A DNA stretch of 29,240 bases. It comes from a virus. Location: UHGV virus genome UHGV-0275034. One strand, written 5' to 3'. Position numbers and translations under genes: made by a program. Positions 27,779 to 29,240 of this stretch are shown one piece after another (within the stretch, counting starts at the first letter, position 1; every line of letters starts with the position of its first letter). The notes beneath the pieces are model-generated. The model was given only the letters and a program-made list of their open reading frames with translations, ran no database searches and was not told where the DNA came from.

Positions 27779-27800
27779 AAAAAACCGCCATCAGGCGGAT
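27779..27800 (-). terminator. Hairpin (CCGCC-TGAT-GGCGG) followed by a run of T on the minus strand
   Basis: Stem-loop at 27784..27797 with AAAAA on the + strand side, which reads as a T-run on the minus strand; overlaps the stop of the upstream small gene, so it may be an attenuator rather than a full terminator. Confidence 0.4.
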
Positions 27801-27958
27801 TGGTGTTCTTTCAGTTCTTCAATTCGAATATTGGTTACTTCTGCATGTGCTATCTGCGCCCATATCATCCAGTGGTTATAGCAGTCGTTGATGTCCTCTG
27901 CTTCGATAACTCTGTTGAATGGTTCTCCATTCCATTCACCTGTAACTCGGAAGTGCAT
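27791..27958 (-). CDS. Small hypothetical protein (55 aa)
   Basis: Below the ORF-track cutoff; translated by hand as MHFRVTGEWNGEPFNRVIEAEDINDCYNHWMIWAQIAHAEVTNIRIEELKEHQSA; GGAG about 8 nt upstream of the ATG. Confidence 0.45.
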   Translation of the reverse strand: MHFRVTGEWNGEPFNRVIEAEDINDCYNHWMIWAQIAHAEVTNIRIEELKEHQSA

Positions 27959-28030
27959 TTATCATCTCCATAAAACAAAACCCGCCGTAGCGAGTTCAGA
28001 TAAAAGAAATCCCCGCGAGTGCGAGGATTG

Positions 28031-28315
28031 TTATTCAGTGACGATATTTACCTTTATCGCGTATACCTTAACCGGATTCTCTCCAAAGTGCGGATGTGTA
28101 ATTGTCTTTATTTCATACCCTTCATACGGGACGTCAATTCTGCGGCTGGAATCGTCGCGCTTCGGATATCCCTTCGTGATAATCAGGCGGTCATACTCCC
28201 GGAACATAATTCGCTTATTCCAATAGTCATTACACAGGCGATACTCTTCCGTTTTCTCCCCGCGAATCATGGCATCGAAGTATTCACCTTTGACGGCAAG
28301 TTGTAGGTTAGCCAT
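28031..28315 (-). CDS. Hypothetical early-left protein (94 aa)
   Basis: Start at the internal ATG (MANLQLAVKGEYFDAMIRGEK...), which overlaps the upstream stop as TAATG. Confidence 0.55.
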   Translation of the reverse strand: MANLQLAVKGEYFDAMIRGEKTEEYRLCNDYWNKRIMFREYDRLIITKGYPKRDDSSRRIDVPYEGYEIKTITHPHFGENPVKVYAIKVNIVTE

Positions 28316-28575
28316 TACCGCACCTCCAGCCTCCATACCGCCTGACCAATCCGGCTGGCATAGGTATCTTTAGATACTGTTCCGTCTTTAGCAATCTCCA
28401 TAAGAATTTTGCGCAAATCTGCCGAACGCCATTCTTCATCAGGAAATTCCTTCTCCATTGCCAACCGCAAATTCCAGGTTGCTATCGTGAATGGATATTC
28501 ACCGCCGAGAGCTTTCTCTTGTAGGGCAGCACGGGAACGCATCACCTGCAAAACCTTCTCTTTTACATCCATCAT
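28315..28575 (-). CDS. Hypothetical early-left protein (about 86 aa)
   Basis: Start at the ATGATG overlapping the stop of the upstream gene, with GGAGG 4 to 7 nt upstream; the longer ORF-track version would overlap the upstream gene. Confidence 0.5.
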   Translation of the reverse strand: MMDVKEKVLQVMRSRAALQEKALGGEYPFTIATWNLRLAMEKEFPDEEWRSADLRKILMEIAKDGTVSKDTYASRIGQAVWRLEVR

Positions 28576-29240
28576 TTCGCCTCCTGTGGCGGTTCTGGTA
28601 GCGGCATCCAGTGTGACGGTTTCCACGACGCACCAGGAATTATCCACCCATCATTAGCGTCAGGATGACCCGGGATGTAAGTCGCCCATTTCATTCGCCA
28701 GTCACCTTTCCTGTCAAACTCCACGGCAACAAGAACGGCTGTTTTGGTATCCGGCATTCGCTCACTACAGCTTATCCAACCATCCGGAGTTACCGGAGAA
28801 TTTCCATTTACCAAGTCAGCTCGAACATATAGCGTGTCATCATGGTGCTGATTGTGGCTGCACCACGTTAATTCGCTTAACTCGCCATCTTCTGGCCATA
28901 CTCCAGCTGTTTGCAGCCAGATATGGGCTGGCGCATCCTGGCAAGGTGTATTAACTGGAAACTTGTAAGTTTGGCTTACAGGTTGGCTACCCTGAAGCAT
29001 GGCAGCGTGGCAGGCATACTCAACGCCCTTAACTGCATCTGCGCAGTAGTTATAGCGATTGCATTCCACTAATTTCCGTTTGAGTTTTTCAATTGCCTGC
29101 CCGACATCAGCCTGTATTTCCGGAACTGGCGGAACGGCTGTCTGCTGCTCTCGAACGTCATTAGTCGCTATCGGTTCTGCTGCCAACTGACTGGCATATT
29201 TGTTAATGGTAACGATAAGCTCTTGCTCAGCCTCATCCAG
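28572..29240 (-). CDS. Early-left protein with DUF551-like C-terminal domain; 5' end lies beyond the window
   Basis: The frame stays open to the window edge (the track start at 29186 is a TTG); C-terminal Trp/Pro-rich segment (... GWIIPGASWKPSHWMPLPEPP) resembles DUF551 as I recall it. Confidence 0.55.
   Translation of the reverse strand: MDEAEQELIVTINKYASQLAAEPIATNDVREQQTAVPPVPEIQADVGQAIEKLKRKLVECNRYNYCADAVKGVEYACHAAMLQGSQPVSQTYKFPVNTPCQDAPAHIWLQTAGVWPEDGELSELTWCSHNQHHDDTLYVRADLVNGNSPVTPDGWISCSERMPDTKTAVLVAVEFDRKGDWRMKWATYIPGHPDANDGWIIPGASWKPSHWMPLPEPPQEAK

Larger units (their letters stand above)
1..29240. mobile_element. Segment of a temperate mosaic P22-like/lambdoid phage or prophage genome (early-right/nin, lysis, packaging, head, tail, immI remnant, tailspike, att, int, xis, early-left)
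   Basis: Uninterrupted synteny of phage modules with overlapping start/stop codons typical of phage operons; no host housekeeping genes seen. Confidence 0.9.

Noticed and set aside
1-29240. CRISPR array
   Set aside because: No series of regularly spaced identical direct repeats anywhere; the only tandem repeats are the in-frame 42-nt units in the needle gene and the short arm-type repeats near int.

Overview
The window reads as one contiguous, mosaic temperate-phage genome segment of the enterobacterial P22-like/lambdoid type, almost all on the + strand. Order, left to right: lambda-like ren and a rearranged nin region (NinB, NinE, NinF, Rha/KilAC antirepressor-like, YbcO-like, HNH endonuclease, RusA, NinH), a Q antiterminator, a long Q-S intergenic region, a lambda-type lysis cassette (S, R, Rz with embedded Rz1), headful packaging and head genes (small and large terminase, portal, scaffold, coat), the P22-type tail machine (gp4, gp10, needle gp26, gp14-position protein, ejection proteins gp7/gp20/gp16), an accessory island on the opposite strand ending in an orphan mnt repressor, a short tailspike with a P22-like N-terminus, an att-like region with arm-type repeats, a tyrosine integrase, a convergent AlpA-like excisionase and the start of the leftward early operon. 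No rRNA, tRNA or CRISPR array was found. Protein identities rest on my recall of family hallmarks and motifs visible in the translations; no search was run. The most likely places for undescribed biology are the gp16-tailspike island (lipoprotein, small HExxH protein, small Lys/Gly-rich protein), the 1.4 kb insert of small membrane proteins and a paralogous pair between ren and ninB, and the unusually long Q-S intergenic region.
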